A stretch of 64,000 nt of DNA. Source: Acidobacteriota bacterium (GTDB lineage Bacteria > Acidobacteriota > Terriglobia > Terriglobales > Acidobacteriaceae). Below the pieces are notes generated by a model, which saw only the letters and a program-made list of their open reading frames with translations, had not been told where the DNA came from and ran no database searches. The first letter of the stretch is position 1; each line of letters starts with the position of its first letter. The DNA lies in contig JAJZGG010000001.1 in the NCBI GenBank assembly GCA_021804965.1, positions 43,883 through 107,882 on the forward strand, read 5' to 3'. Below, piece by piece: positions 32,100-41,771 of the stretch. The position numbers and the translations under genes were made by a program.

Positions 32100-32990
32100 A
32101 TGTCTATGGACGTAAAAGCCTTGCTGCAGCACGGCATTCAGCTTACGGATGCCGCCCTGGAACAGCTGCTTCCAGCAGCCACGGTTGTTCCCGTCTCCAT
32201 CCACAGCGCCATGCGCCACTCGGTCTTTGCCGGGGGCAAGCGCCTGCGGCCCATCCTTGCCATGCAGGCTGCCGCTGCAGTTACGGGACAGGTGTCCGCC
32301 GGGGTGGAGCGGCTGGGTGCAGCCATTGAAATGCTGCACACCTACTCGCTGATCCACGACGATCTGCCGGCGCTGGACAATGATGATCTGCGCCGCGGAA
32401 AGCCCACCTGCCACGTTGTCTATGGCGAGGCCATCGCCATCCTGGCCGGAGATGCCCTGCAGACGCAGGCCTGGGAGGTGCTCTCCGAGCTGGATTGCCC
32501 ACCTGCGACCACGGTGCGGATTCTGCGCCTGATTGCGCAGGCCATCGGGACGGTTGACGGAATGATTGGCGGCCAGGTTCTGGATATCGAAGGTGAGCAG
32601 CAGAAGCCGACTGCGGAGCTGGTCGATGCCATCCACCGGGCCAAGACCGGAGCGCTGATTCGCGTCAGCGTGGTTGCCGGTGGCCTGTTTGCCGGTGCGG
32701 ACCCTGCGCAGGAGCAGGCGCTGGATCTCTTTGGCCGCAAGGCCGGACTGGCCTTTCAGATCGTCGATGACATCCTCGACGTCACGCAGGATTCTGCGCA
32801 ACTCGGCAAGACCGCAGGCAAGGATCTGACCAGCGAAAAGGCCACCTGGCCTGCCGTTTTTGGTCTGGAGCAGAGCCAGCAGGATGCCGACCGCCTGATT
32901 GCCGAGGCCTTTGCCGCACTCGATCTCTTTGGCGAGCGCGCCGACGGACTGAAGGCTGTTGCGCGGTATCTGGTGGAACGCAAGAGCTGA
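32100..32990 (+). CDS. ispA: polyprenyl diphosphate synthase (FPP/GGPP synthase)
   Basis: GGKRLRP, SLIHDDLPALDNDDLRRGKPT, KTGAL, FQIVDDILD, GKTAGKD. Confidence 0.93.
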   Translation: MSMDVKALLQHGIQLTDAALEQLLPAATVVPVSIHSAMRHSVFAGGKRLRPILAMQAAAAVTGQVSAGVERLGAAIEMLHTYSLIHDDLPALDNDDLRRGKPTCHVVYGEAIAILAGDALQTQAWEVLSELDCPPATTVRILRLIAQAIGTVDGMIGGQVLDIEGEQQKPTAELVDAIHRAKTGALIRVSVVAGGLFAGADPAQEQALDLFGRKAGLAFQIVDDILDVTQDSAQLGKTAGKDLTSEKATWPAVFGLEQSQQDADRLIAEAFAALDLFGERADGLKAVARYLVERKS

Positions 32991-33096
32991 TTGCCTTCCG
33001 GGGCAGCTCCCGAGGCAGCGCATCCTGCCGTGCGTGGCCAGCCGTCCCAGCATCGACCGCCCGCCCCCGCGTCGTCCAACCTTTCAGGAAACGAGC

Positions 33097-33435
33097 ATGA
33101 CCCAGCCACTTACTCAGGACGATATTCTGCTTGCGCTCCGCGATTGTTTTGACCCGGAGGTCAAGCTCAATCTGGTGGATCTCGGACTGATCTGCTCCAT
33201 TACGCTCGCTCCGGATCCTCATGCCACGCCGGCATTTCCGCGTCAGCATGTCACCGTCTGCATGACCCTGACAACGCCGCAGTGCCCGGCCAGCGGACTG
33301 ATCTTCGAGCAGGTGAACAATCGGCTGGCCTGCATCCCGCAGATCAGCAAGGTCGATGTTCAGCTGGTTTGGGAGCCCAAGTGGACTCCCCATCGCATCA
33401 GCGCTGCCGGGCGGGCGCAACTCGGACTGGAGTAG
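33097..33435 (+). CDS. DUF59/SufT metal-sulfur cluster assembly factor
   Basis: DPE..NLVDLGLI, MTLTTPQCP, LVWEPKWTP. Confidence 0.88.
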   Translation: MTQPLTQDDILLALRDCFDPEVKLNLVDLGLICSITLAPDPHATPAFPRQHVTVCMTLTTPQCPASGLIFEQVNNRLACIPQISKVDVQLVWEPKWTPHRISAAGRAQLGLE

Positions 33436-33468
33436 GGCCTGTTGCCAGCAGTGTTCCCAGGCACCGGC

Positions 33469-34185
33469 TCACTCCGGGATGGTTTGCTCCAACTGTATGG
33501 CGCGCGGGAACAGGATATTGTTCTCCAGATGGACATGCTGGTGCAGGTCGCGCTCAAACTCCCGCAGAGCCTGATAGAGTCCGCGATAGGTGGGGCATGC
33601 CCAATCCGGGGCAGTAAATCCGGAGCTTAGCTCACGCATCCGCGCCATTGCTTCTCCGGCGCCATCGTGCTCGGCCATCATTCTTTCAATCGGATGACGG
33701 ACAGAGCCAAAGCAGCCCAGTGGGCGGCAGATCCCGTCTTCCGGCTGCAGGTTGCTGATGTAGGGGAAGAGCACCATCTCCTCCTTGTCCAGATGCTCCA
33801 GTAACTCCCGGCCAAAGGGCAGCAGAATGGACTGGATCGCGGCCAACTCCGGCTGGGTGTTGCCGTGGCGCGAGACCACCTTCTGCATCAACATCTCCAG
33901 ACGCGGAAGCTCGCTGCGAATGTAGCCGTGATGTCGTGCCGCAATGTGACGACACAATGCCGACAGCGACTCGTCCTCCCAGTTGCGGGGAACTTCACCG
34001 TTCTCGGCACTGGCCTCGGCAATCGTCTGCAGCACATGGTCCAGGTTCAATGCGTGTTCGGCGCAGGCCTGGGCCAGCGGCTTGCGCCCTCCGCAGCAAT
34101 AATCAATCCCCAACTGCTCAAAGACCCGAATCGATGCGGGCTGTTCCAGTGCAATCTCGCGTACCGTGGTTTCTGCAATCGCCAT
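33469..34185 (-). CDS. ric: iron-sulfur cluster repair di-iron protein (YtfE/ScdA)
   Basis: GIDYCCGG, RHHGY, HLDKEE..LFP, EHD, HVHLENNILFP; AGGAGG RBS. Confidence 0.93.
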   Translation of the reverse strand: MAIAETTVREIALEQPASIRVFEQLGIDYCCGGRKPLAQACAEHALNLDHVLQTIAEASAENGEVPRNWEDESLSALCRHIAARHHGYIRSELPRLEMLMQKVVSRHGNTQPELAAIQSILLPFGRELLEHLDKEEMVLFPYISNLQPEDGICRPLGCFGSVRHPIERMMAEHDGAGEAMARMRELSSGFTAPDWACPTYRGLYQALREFERDLHQHVHLENNILFPRAIQLEQTIPE

Positions 34186-34232
34186 GACCATCCTCCTGAC
34201 GGATAATCTATGCAGGCAGTCCAGGCGGCTGC

Positions 34233-34248
34233 TGCGACCAAAGTCACT
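34233..34248. promoter_or_regulatory. Crp/Fnr-family operator (TGCGA-N6-TCACT)
   Basis: 8/10 match to TGTGA-N6-TCACA between divergent ric and Crp/Fnr genes; near-identical copy at 35010-35025. Confidence 0.7.
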
Positions 34249-34275
34249 CATCCCGGATTTTCAGGAAATCTGCTC

Positions 34276-34977
34276 ATGTCCGAACTCGACAACCGCGTCA
34301 CGGCACTCGGGGCCACTTCGTTGTTTGCCAATCTTTCCCTGGAGGAGCTGCGTCTGCTTGCCGCCCACGCGGTTCGCCGCAACTATGCGCAGGGGGAACT
34401 GCTGTTTGCGGAGGGGGATGCCTGTCGCGGACTGCATATTATCGTCACGGGAAAGCTGCGCATCTTCAAAAGCTCCGCCAGTGGCCGCGAGCAGGTGCTG
34501 GCCGTCGAAGGGCCGGGCGGATCGGTCGCCGAACTTCCCGTCTTCGATGGCGCGCCGTATCCGGCTTCGGTCGTGGCAGCGGAAGATGCCCAGATCCTGT
34601 TTCTCTCCCGCAGCGATCTGCACAGCTTCTGCCTGGCCCATCCGGAGGTTTCGCTCAAGCTGCTGGCCGTTGTTGGAGCCCGTCTGCGTCGGCTGGTCGG
34701 CATCATTGAAGAGCTTTCCTTTGCCACCGTTCGCCAGCGCCTTGCCGCTGTTCTTGTGCGTCAGGCACAGCAGGATGGGCGACCCGTCGGGGATGGCATC
34801 GAGATCCAGCTTCCCGGCACCCATCAGGAGCTGGCGCACCAGCTCGGGACAGTCCGCGAACTGGTTTCGCGCAACCTGATGCGGCTGCAGGCGGAGGGTC
34901 TGCTGCTGGTGGATGCCCGCAGGATCACCATTCTGGATCTGCCCGGACTCTCGGCCATTCTGGAAAGCGGAGTCTGA
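34276..34977 (+). CDS. Crp/Fnr family regulator (DNR/HcpR-like, lacks the FNR N-terminal Cys cluster)
   Basis: LFAEGD, AELPVFDG.PYPAS effector domain; THQELA..LGTVRELVSR HTH. Confidence 0.9.
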   Translation: MSELDNRVTALGATSLFANLSLEELRLLAAHAVRRNYAQGELLFAEGDACRGLHIIVTGKLRIFKSSASGREQVLAVEGPGGSVAELPVFDGAPYPASVVAAEDAQILFLSRSDLHSFCLAHPEVSLKLLAVVGARLRRLVGIIEELSFATVRQRLAAVLVRQAQQDGRPVGDGIEIQLPGTHQELAHQLGTVRELVSRNLMRLQAEGLLLVDARRITILDLPGLSAILESGV

Positions 34978-35009
34978 CGCACTACTCCGGCGAGAGCTTT
35001 CAGGAACAG

Positions 35010-35025
35010 AGCGACGAAAGTCACT
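35010..35025. promoter_or_regulatory. second Crp/Fnr-family operator, upstream of nnrS-like gene
   Basis: AGCGACGAAAGTCACT; 14/15 identical to GCGACCAAAGTCACT at 34234-34248. Confidence 0.7.
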
Positions 35026-35070
35026 GCAGGCGGTCTGCTGCCAGCGAGAACCTTTCGTTGGAGAGATCGT

Positions 35071-36396
35071 ATGCATCCCGAGCTGCCTGTTCCTGCCAAC
35101 GAATCCGTCCGTCCCTACGCTGGTCCGCTTGCCGTCTTGCAGGCCAGCCAGCGCAAGAGCTTCCATTTCCGCCTGTGGATGCTGACTGGCATTTTCTTCA
35201 TGGTTTTGCCGGGCACGCTGCTGGGCTTCACCAACCTGCTGCAAATCTCAGCGCGCCACGGGCTGTCTGGTCTTTCTGCCGCCTGGATTCAGGCCCATGG
35301 GCACGCCCAGGTCTTTGGTTGGATTGGCAGCTTTGTTCTGGGCATTGGCTTTTACTCGCAGCCGGAGACTCCGGCAAATCGCGGCAGGTTGCCGCTGCTC
35401 TGCTGGGGGCTGTGGACTACAGGACTCGGTTTTCATTGGCTTTCCCGCGCGGCGCTGTGGCACTGGCGCATTCTGCTTCCGCTTTCCGGTCTGCTGGAGC
35501 TGCTTGCCATACTGCTTTTCCTGCGTGCCGCGCGCCAGCACAAGCTGCCATCCTCACCCACCGCATCCCGGCAAATTCCGCTCTGGATGCAGTCCGTCCT
35601 GCTCAGCAACCTGGCCCTACTGCTGGCGATCCTGCTCAACTTTGTCGAGGCCTGCCATCTGGCGTGGACAGGACTCTCACCGGCGATTCCCCACGCACTG
35701 GATCAAAGCTATCTGGTGCTGCTGGCCTGGGGATTTCTGGTGCCGCTGATTTGGGGCTTCAGCGCACGTTGGTTGCCTGCTTTTCTTGGTCTGGCTGCCC
35801 TGCGCAACTCCGCCTTCCGGCTTGCCCTGGTGCTGAACACACTCGGCGTTCTCCTGGGGATGGTCGGCTTTGTCAGGCTTGCGACGGTGTTTCTGGCCGC
35901 TGCCGCGCTGCTGGCCGCGTGGGCCCTGCAGCTCTTTTCCGCGCCTGTGCATCCGGCAAAGACTGCGGGAATCCATGCCAGCTTTCCGCTCTTTGTGCGA
36001 ATCGCCTATCTCTGGTCGATTCTGGCCCCCATGCTTGGCGTCTGGGCCGCTTGGGCGGATCACCATGGCGGCATCTGGGGCGGGTCGCGCCACGGTCTTA
36101 CCGTGGGCTTTGCCGCCATGATGGTGATGACCATCGGCCCGCGCATCCTGCCGCATTTTGCCGGCATCCGCCAGCTGTGGAGTCCACGACTGATGCTGGC
36201 GACACTGATGTTTCTGCTGCTGGGATGCACCCTGCGCGTCAGCATGGAGGTCGTTGCCTACGAAGGCATTGCCAGCTTCGCCTGGCATCTGCTGCCGCTG
36301 TCAGGCGTGCTGGAGCTGACGGCCGTACTCTGCTTCGCCCTGCAGATCCTGCTGACCCTGCTCCGCGGACAAGCCATTCTGCCCGCGGAGTCGTAG
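35071..36396 (+). CDS. NnrS-family membrane protein
   Basis: About 12 hydrophobic segments; W.QAHGHAQVFGWIG..V.G, R.LP.F, RH.LTVG; next to ric and Crp/Fnr. Confidence 0.75.
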   Translation: MHPELPVPANESVRPYAGPLAVLQASQRKSFHFRLWMLTGIFFMVLPGTLLGFTNLLQISARHGLSGLSAAWIQAHGHAQVFGWIGSFVLGIGFYSQPETPANRGRLPLLCWGLWTTGLGFHWLSRAALWHWRILLPLSGLLELLAILLFLRAARQHKLPSSPTASRQIPLWMQSVLLSNLALLLAILLNFVEACHLAWTGLSPAIPHALDQSYLVLLAWGFLVPLIWGFSARWLPAFLGLAALRNSAFRLALVLNTLGVLLGMVGFVRLATVFLAAAALLAAWALQLFSAPVHPAKTAGIHASFPLFVRIAYLWSILAPMLGVWAAWADHHGGIWGGSRHGLTVGFAAMMVMTIGPRILPHFAGIRQLWSPRLMLATLMFLLLGCTLRVSMEVVAYEGIASFAWHLLPLSGVLELTAVLCFALQILLTLLRGQAILPAES

Positions 36397-36480
36397 CGCA
36401 TTTGGGATGGAGCTGATCTTCAGGCGGCCGTGGATGCAGAAACCGCGTGCTCTGTTCAGCAAGCTGCCTGCGGTGGAACG

Positions 36481-37683
36481 CTACGCGCTTTTGGGCGGGC
36501 GCACCACAAATGGCAGGCAGGCGCTCAGCAGGACAACTCCGGCAATGACATGCAGGCCGGGACCATAGGAGCTTCCAATCTGCCGCATATGGGCGATCAG
36601 CAGCGGTCCAAAGGCACTGGCCGTTCCCCAGGCCGTGAGCATCAGTCCGTAGATCGGCCCCACATTGCGGGAGCCAAAGTAGTCGGCGGCAAAGGCCGGC
36701 ATGGTGCCGAAGCCGCCACCGTAGCACATGAGGATGATGAAGGAGATAAGGGTGACCAGTCCGGTGGTCGCAAGACCGGGCAACATCCAGAACAGCCCCG
36801 CCTGCAGAAGGAACATCACCACGAAGGTCCAGCGGCGCGACAGTGCATCACTGACCCAGGCCCAGAAGACGCGACCGACGGCATTGCCAATGCTCACAAT
36901 GCCAACCATGCCGGCGGCAAGAATGGCGGATGCCTTGGTCAGCTCGGAGAAGATCGGCGCTTCCTGCGAGATCAGCGAGATGCCGGCCGAGGTATTCAGG
37001 AAAAGCAGCATCCACAGGGCCCACCATTGCCAGGTGGACAGAGCCTCGCCCAGGCTATAGTCCTTGCCGGCCCGCTGGGAGCGGATGGCTGCGCTGGGTT
37101 CCCAGCCCGCCGGACGATATCCTTCCGGCGGATTCTGCATGAAAAGCCCGGTCAGCACGGTGACCACCAGATAGCCGATGCCGAGATCGGCAAAGGTCTG
37201 CAGCACGCCAACGGTCTGGATCAGATGCGTGGCCAGCGGTGCAGTCACCAGGGCTCCAGCCCCAAAGCCGCCCACAGCAATGCCGGTGATCAGTCCGCGC
37301 CGGTCCGGGAACCATTTGACCAGCACGGCCACCGGGACAATGTAACCGAAGCCGAGGCCGATGCCGCCAATGACGCCGAAGGTAAGCCACAGCCACCAGA
37401 GGCCAAGCGACGAAAAGCTTGCCAGAAAGACTCCGGTGCCGTAGAGGATGCCGCCCGTAAGGGCTACCACGCGCGGGCCGGACTTGTTCAGCCACAGGCC
37501 GCCGAAAAAGGCCGCCACCCCCAGCACGAAGATGCAGATGGTGAAGGTGAGCGTGATATCCGACAGCGACCAGTGGAACTGCTTGTTGAGGGGCGTCTTG
37601 AAGACGCTCCAGGCATAGACGGCACCAAGGGCAACCTGCATCAGGAAGCCGGCGAACGCAATACTCCAGCGGGAATTCTTCAC
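36481..37683 (-). CDS. OFA-family MFS transporter (oxalate/formate antiporter-like)
   Basis: GAVYAWSVF, KWFPDRRGL..G....GFGAG, CYGGGFG.MPA...DYFG; GTG start after GGAGG. Confidence 0.88.
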   Translation of the reverse strand: MKNSRWSIAFAGFLMQVALGAVYAWSVFKTPLNKQFHWSLSDITLTFTICIFVLGVAAFFGGLWLNKSGPRVVALTGGILYGTGVFLASFSSLGLWWLWLTFGVIGGIGLGFGYIVPVAVLVKWFPDRRGLITGIAVGGFGAGALVTAPLATHLIQTVGVLQTFADLGIGYLVVTVLTGLFMQNPPEGYRPAGWEPSAAIRSQRAGKDYSLGEALSTWQWWALWMLLFLNTSAGISLISQEAPIFSELTKASAILAAGMVGIVSIGNAVGRVFWAWVSDALSRRWTFVVMFLLQAGLFWMLPGLATTGLVTLISFIILMCYGGGFGTMPAFAADYFGSRNVGPIYGLMLTAWGTASAFGPLLIAHMRQIGSSYGPGLHVIAGVVLLSACLPFVVRPPKSA

Positions 37684-37787
37684 AGAGCATCCTCCGGAAA
37701 CAACATCAGGGATCGGGTGTCACCCATCCCAGGGAAACCTGCATCCAGACAACGGGGGAAGGGAACTGCGGTGGTGAATTTGGGTGG

Positions 37788-38291
37788 TTAACTGCGGTGG
37801 GTTGGTTCGGAAGTGCCGCCCGGCATGGTCCGAATCTTGAGCTGGTAGGCAAGGTTTTTCAGCAGCAGATTGATGAGTCCCATGCCGCGGCGGAAGTCCT
37901 TGCTGAGAAAGCTGGCAAACAGACCCGCGAGCGAGGGCGGATCATACGGAACATTCCTGGCATTGCCCCAGGTATCCTTGACGGCAACCAGAGTTCCCTC
38001 CAGCACGATCGGATCAATGGCCGCCAGAATCTGCCCCAGCAGAATGGCGTTGCGCATCGCGCGGATGGAATCTTCGCGATTGGCTGCCGAGGTTGCGGTT
38101 TCCACGATCTTTTCCCCTGCGCCCAGCACGCCGCGCAGCGTGGTGAACACGCCTTTCTCATGCAGCGCCTGCAGGGTTTCATAGCTGTCAAGCAGGGCGG
38201 CGGCATATTCTTCCGGCGCGGCCTCCAGTTTGGCCATCAGTTCCTGCTTCGGATCCCGCGGAGCGATCTTCAACTCAATCGGTTGCGCCAT
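37788..38291 (-). CDS. DUF1641 domain-containing protein (YjgD/YrhD-like)
   Basis: MAQPI start 5 nt after the fdh stop; LHEKGVF..LRG.LGAG, D.RRGMG...L; usual partner of this FDH type. Confidence 0.75.
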   Translation of the reverse strand: MAQPIELKIAPRDPKQELMAKLEAAPEEYAAALLDSYETLQALHEKGVFTTLRGVLGAGEKIVETATSAANREDSIRAMRNAILLGQILAAIDPIVLEGTLVAVKDTWGNARNVPYDPPSLAGLFASFLSKDFRRGMGLINLLLKNLAYQLKIRTMPGGTSEPTHRS

Positions 38292-38296
38292 GATTC

Positions 38297-41200
38297 CTAC
38301 CTTGCCGTCGGCTGGTTTCCAGCCGGCTGAATCTGAATGAGGGACTGCGTGCCCGGCATGCGATAGTCGGCGCGCTTCCACTTGCGCTCGACCTCCACGC
38401 CGCGTTGCGGTGTCGGCTTGCCCCAGCGCGCATTGGTTTTGGGCAGCGGATTGGGACCCCGGGCGGTGATGACCTTCAGGTTGACGGAGGTTTCCTTGTA
38501 CGCCGGGGTGTGGGTCACGGTGTCGGTGTGGCTGCTGGTCAGGCGGTTGACCGGCTCCGCTGTGGAGTTCATCGGCATATAGAGCTGGTTGCCTTCCACG
38601 CGATTCGTCACCACCGCCTGCACCTTCACCTTTCCGTAGCGCGAGGTCAGCTCCACCCATGCGCCGTCTTCAATGCCTCGCTCGTGCGCCAGTGCAGGAG
38701 AGACTTCGACGAAGGTGCACGGAGTTTTGGATCGAATGCCGGTGGTCCGATAGGTCATATTGCCCTCATGGAAGTGCTCCAGCAGGCGGCCGTTGTTCAG
38801 GTGCAGATCATATTCGGCATCCGGCTGGTCCGTGGTCTGGCTTTCCGTGAGCGGGAAAAAGCGGGCCTTGCCGTCGGGGAAGTGGAACTGCTTCATGTAG
38901 AGCTGAGGCTGATCGCTGCCATCGGCTGCGACGGGCCATTGCAGGCTCCGGTAGCCTTCCAGCCGCTCATAGGTGACACCGGCCATCAGCGGCGTCAGCG
39001 CAGCAATCTCCGCGTAGATTTCTGACGGATGCCGGTAGTTCCAATCGGCTCCCAGTCGATTGGCAATGCTCAGAATGATCTGCCAGTCGGGACGGCTGTC
39101 GCCCAGCGGTTCAAAGACCTGATAGAGACGCTGGATGCGCCGCTCCGTGCTGGTGAAGGTCCCTTCCTTTTCCAGGCTGGGGCTGGCAGGCAGGATGACG
39201 TCGGCAAATTTGCAGGTCTCGGTGAAGAAGATATCCTGCACAACGAAGAAGTCCAGCTTGGCCAGTGCCGCGGAAACAAAGTTGGCATTGGAGTCCACCA
39301 TGCTCATCTCTTCGCCGAAGAGATACATGGCCTTCAGACTGCCCTCATGAATGGCATCCACCATCTGATGGTTGTCCAGGCCTGGCTTTTCGGGAATCTT
39401 CGTGCCCCAGACAGCTTCAAATCGCGCGCGGATTTCCGGATCGCTGACCGGCTGGTATCCGGGCAGGAAGTTCGGCATGGCACCGTGGTCGCTGGCGCCC
39501 TGTACGTTGTTGTGGCCGCGCAGCGGATAGGAGCCTGCTCCCTTGCGCATGTAGTTGCCCGTGGCCAGCAGCAGGTTGGAGATGGCCGTGGAGGTATCCG
39601 AACCCATCACATGCTGCGTGACGCCCATGGCCCACAGGACACAGACGCCATCGGCGGCAACGATCATCCTGGCCAGATCGATCAGTGTCTCCGCAGGAAT
39701 CCCGGTGCGCTCGGCGGCATATTCCATGGTGAAGGGCTCCAGGCTCTTCCTGTACTCCTCAAACTGGTTGACCCACTGGTCGATGAATGCCTGCTTGTGC
39801 AGTTGGTTGTCGATGATCCACTTGGTGATTGCCGACAGCCAGATCAAGTCCGTGCCGGGGTGGGGACGCAGAAACAGGTCGGCGCGCTGGGCCAGCTCGT
39901 TCCTGCGAAGATCGGCGACGACGAGTTTCTGCCCCCGCAGCTTGTGACTGCGCTTGACCCGCGTGGCCAGCACCGGATGATTCTCCGCCGCATTGGCCCC
40001 CACCACCATTACCATGCCGGCCGACTCAATATCCGAGATTGAGCCGGAGTCTCCGCCGTAGCCGACGGTGCGGAACAGGCCCACCGTGGCTGGCGACTGG
40101 CAGTAGCGGGAGCAGTTGTCCATGTTGTTGGTCCCGACCACGCTGCGTGCCAGCTTCTGCATCAGGTAGCTTTCCTCATTCGTGCATTTCGAGGAGGAGA
40201 TGAAGCTCAACGCATCCGGGCCAAAGGCGCTGCGAATCTCGGTGAAGCGACGCGCGACCAGATCCAGTGCCTCGTCCCAGGTGGCTTTGCGGAAGGTGTC
40301 CGGTGCGCCATGCTCCCCCTTGACGCGGATCAGCGGAGACGTCAGCCGCTCCGGACTGTTCACATACTCCCAGCCAAACTTGCCCTTGATGCAGGTAGAG
40401 ATGCCATTGGCCGGACCCTCCGCCGGCTCCACTTTCAGGATGTGACGCTCGGTCTTGGACTCAATGGTCCAAAGATCAAAGCTGCAGCCCACGCCACAGT
40501 AGGTGCAAACCGTCTTGGTCTTTTGGACGCGATCCTGACGCATGGCCGCTTCCATCTCCGACACCTGCAGGATGGCGCCATATCCGATATTCGGCTCCAC
40601 GCCCTTGACCACATCGATGGCATGATCGAGCGCCGTCTTGGTCATGCCGGTAAAGTAGCCGGCATGCTGCAGCATGGGTTTTTCCATCAGGGCATTGCAG
40701 GGGCATACCGTCACGCAATGGCCGCAGCTCACGCAGCTGGACTCTCCGATGGGCGAGCCGCCATCCCACAGCACCCGCGGCACGTCCAGCTCCCAGCCAA
40801 TGGAAAGCGTTTCGTTCACCTGCACATTCTGGCAGGCCTCAACGCAGCGACCACACAGGATGCATTGGTTGGGATCGTAGCGATAGAACGGATTCGACAT
40901 GTCCACGTCATACGGCTTGGGGCGATAGGGCGTCTGCTGATGTTCCACGCCGAGCAGGTGAGTGGTGTTGTGGACCGTGCAGTTGCCGTTGTTGTTGTCG
41001 CAAACCGTGCAGTACAGAAGATGATTGCCCAGGATGCGATCGAAGGCCTCCCGCTGGGCCTGGTCCGCACGCGGCGTGGCTGTTTCCACCCGCATGCTGG
41101 CCGTCACCCGGGTCGAGCATGCGCGGGTCAACTGCCCATCCAGCTCCACCATGCAGGTGTCACAGGATTGGATCGGACCCAGCTTCGGGTGATAGCAGAC

Positions 41201-41305
41201 CTGGGCCAGTTCCACCTGTGAACGATTGATGACGTCGATCAGCAACTCTCCGGTTTGAGCCGCCACCTGCCTGCCGTTTAACGTAATGTAACAATCGCCC
41301 GACAT
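38297..41305 (-). CDS. fdhF: formate dehydrogenase alpha subunit (molybdopterin, N-terminal Fe-S domains; YjgC/YrhE-like)
   Basis: CY.....PIQSCDTC, H..YCTVCDNNNGNC, CILCGRC, CVSCGHC, CTYCGVGC, DNCSRYCQ, PLRGHNNVQGASD, EKEGTFTSTERR. Confidence 0.9.
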   Translation of the reverse strand: MSGDCYITLNGRQVAAQTGELLIDVINRSQVELAQVCYHPKLGPIQSCDTCMVELDGQLTRACSTRVTASMRVETATPRADQAQREAFDRILGNHLLYCTVCDNNNGNCTVHNTTHLLGVEHQQTPYRPKPYDVDMSNPFYRYDPNQCILCGRCVEACQNVQVNETLSIGWELDVPRVLWDGGSPIGESSCVSCGHCVTVCPCNALMEKPMLQHAGYFTGMTKTALDHAIDVVKGVEPNIGYGAILQVSEMEAAMRQDRVQKTKTVCTYCGVGCSFDLWTIESKTERHILKVEPAEGPANGISTCIKGKFGWEYVNSPERLTSPLIRVKGEHGAPDTFRKATWDEALDLVARRFTEIRSAFGPDALSFISSSKCTNEESYLMQKLARSVVGTNNMDNCSRYCQSPATVGLFRTVGYGGDSGSISDIESAGMVMVVGANAAENHPVLATRVKRSHKLRGQKLVVADLRRNELAQRADLFLRPHPGTDLIWLSAITKWIIDNQLHKQAFIDQWVNQFEEYRKSLEPFTMEYAAERTGIPAETLIDLARMIVAADGVCVLWAMGVTQHVMGSDTSTAISNLLLATGNYMRKGAGSYPLRGHNNVQGASDHGAMPNFLPGYQPVSDPEIRARFEAVWGTKIPEKPGLDNHQMVDAIHEGSLKAMYLFGEEMSMVDSNANFVSAALAKLDFFVVQDIFFTETCKFADVILPASPSLEKEGTFTSTERRIQRLYQVFEPLGDSRPDWQIILSIANRLGADWNYRHPSEIYAEIAALTPLMAGVTYERLEGYRSLQWPVAADGSDQPQLYMKQFHFPDGKARFFPLTESQTTDQPDAEYDLHLNNGRLLEHFHEGNMTYRTTGIRSKTPCTFVEVSPALAHERGIEDGAWVELTSRYGKVKVQAVVTNRVEGNQLYMPMNSTAEPVNRLTSSHTDTVTHTPAYKETSVNLKVITARGPNPLPKTNARWGKPTPQRGVEVERKWKRADYRMPGTQSLIQIQPAGNQPTAR

Positions 41306-41691
41306 TGTCCTGCAGCCTCCCAGCTGGGATCATGCAGACCTATCGTGTCACATCGAAGTTCATCTGAAAAGGGAAATACCGGATCCTTTTGAAGATTCTT
41401 TTGATCCGACACGGCCGTATGAATGTTGCGTGAATGAAAGACATGGACGTGCGTTCAGGAATCTTTGGGATTGAGTGGCTTCCGGCGGAGGAATAAGCCC
41501 ACAGGCGGTGAGCGGCCATGTGCAGGCAGGTATGACCGAACCGACATGCTTCAGTGCAGCAGCATAAGCACCGGAGAGGCAATCCGTCCGGTCTCTTCCG
41601 TTCAAGGAAGGAAACGTTTGGAGTGTAGGCCTGTTCCCGATTTCCATCCCTGCGCAAAATCAATATGCAGCATTACAGCTTTGGGTTTGCC

Positions 41692-41737
41692 TCAAAAAGA
41701 TACGGGCCAGACAGATGTCTGGCCCGTATCTTTTTGA
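41692..41737. terminator. intrinsic terminator downstream of korB (bidirectional form)
   Basis: Perfect 22-bp inverted repeat TCAAAAAGATACGGGCCAGACA-ga-TGTCTGGCCCGTATCTTTTTGA with A/T tracts on both sides. Confidence 0.85.
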
Positions 41738-41771
41738 AGCAATGGAATGAAAATCAAGTGACTGAGAACTT

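Noticed and set aside
38297-41305. Selenocysteine recoding in FDH
   Set aside because: The active-site codon is TGC (Cys) and the ORF has no internal TGA
41306-41691. Moco riboswitch upstream of fdh
   Set aside because: Could not identify the conserved stems by eye; needs cmscan
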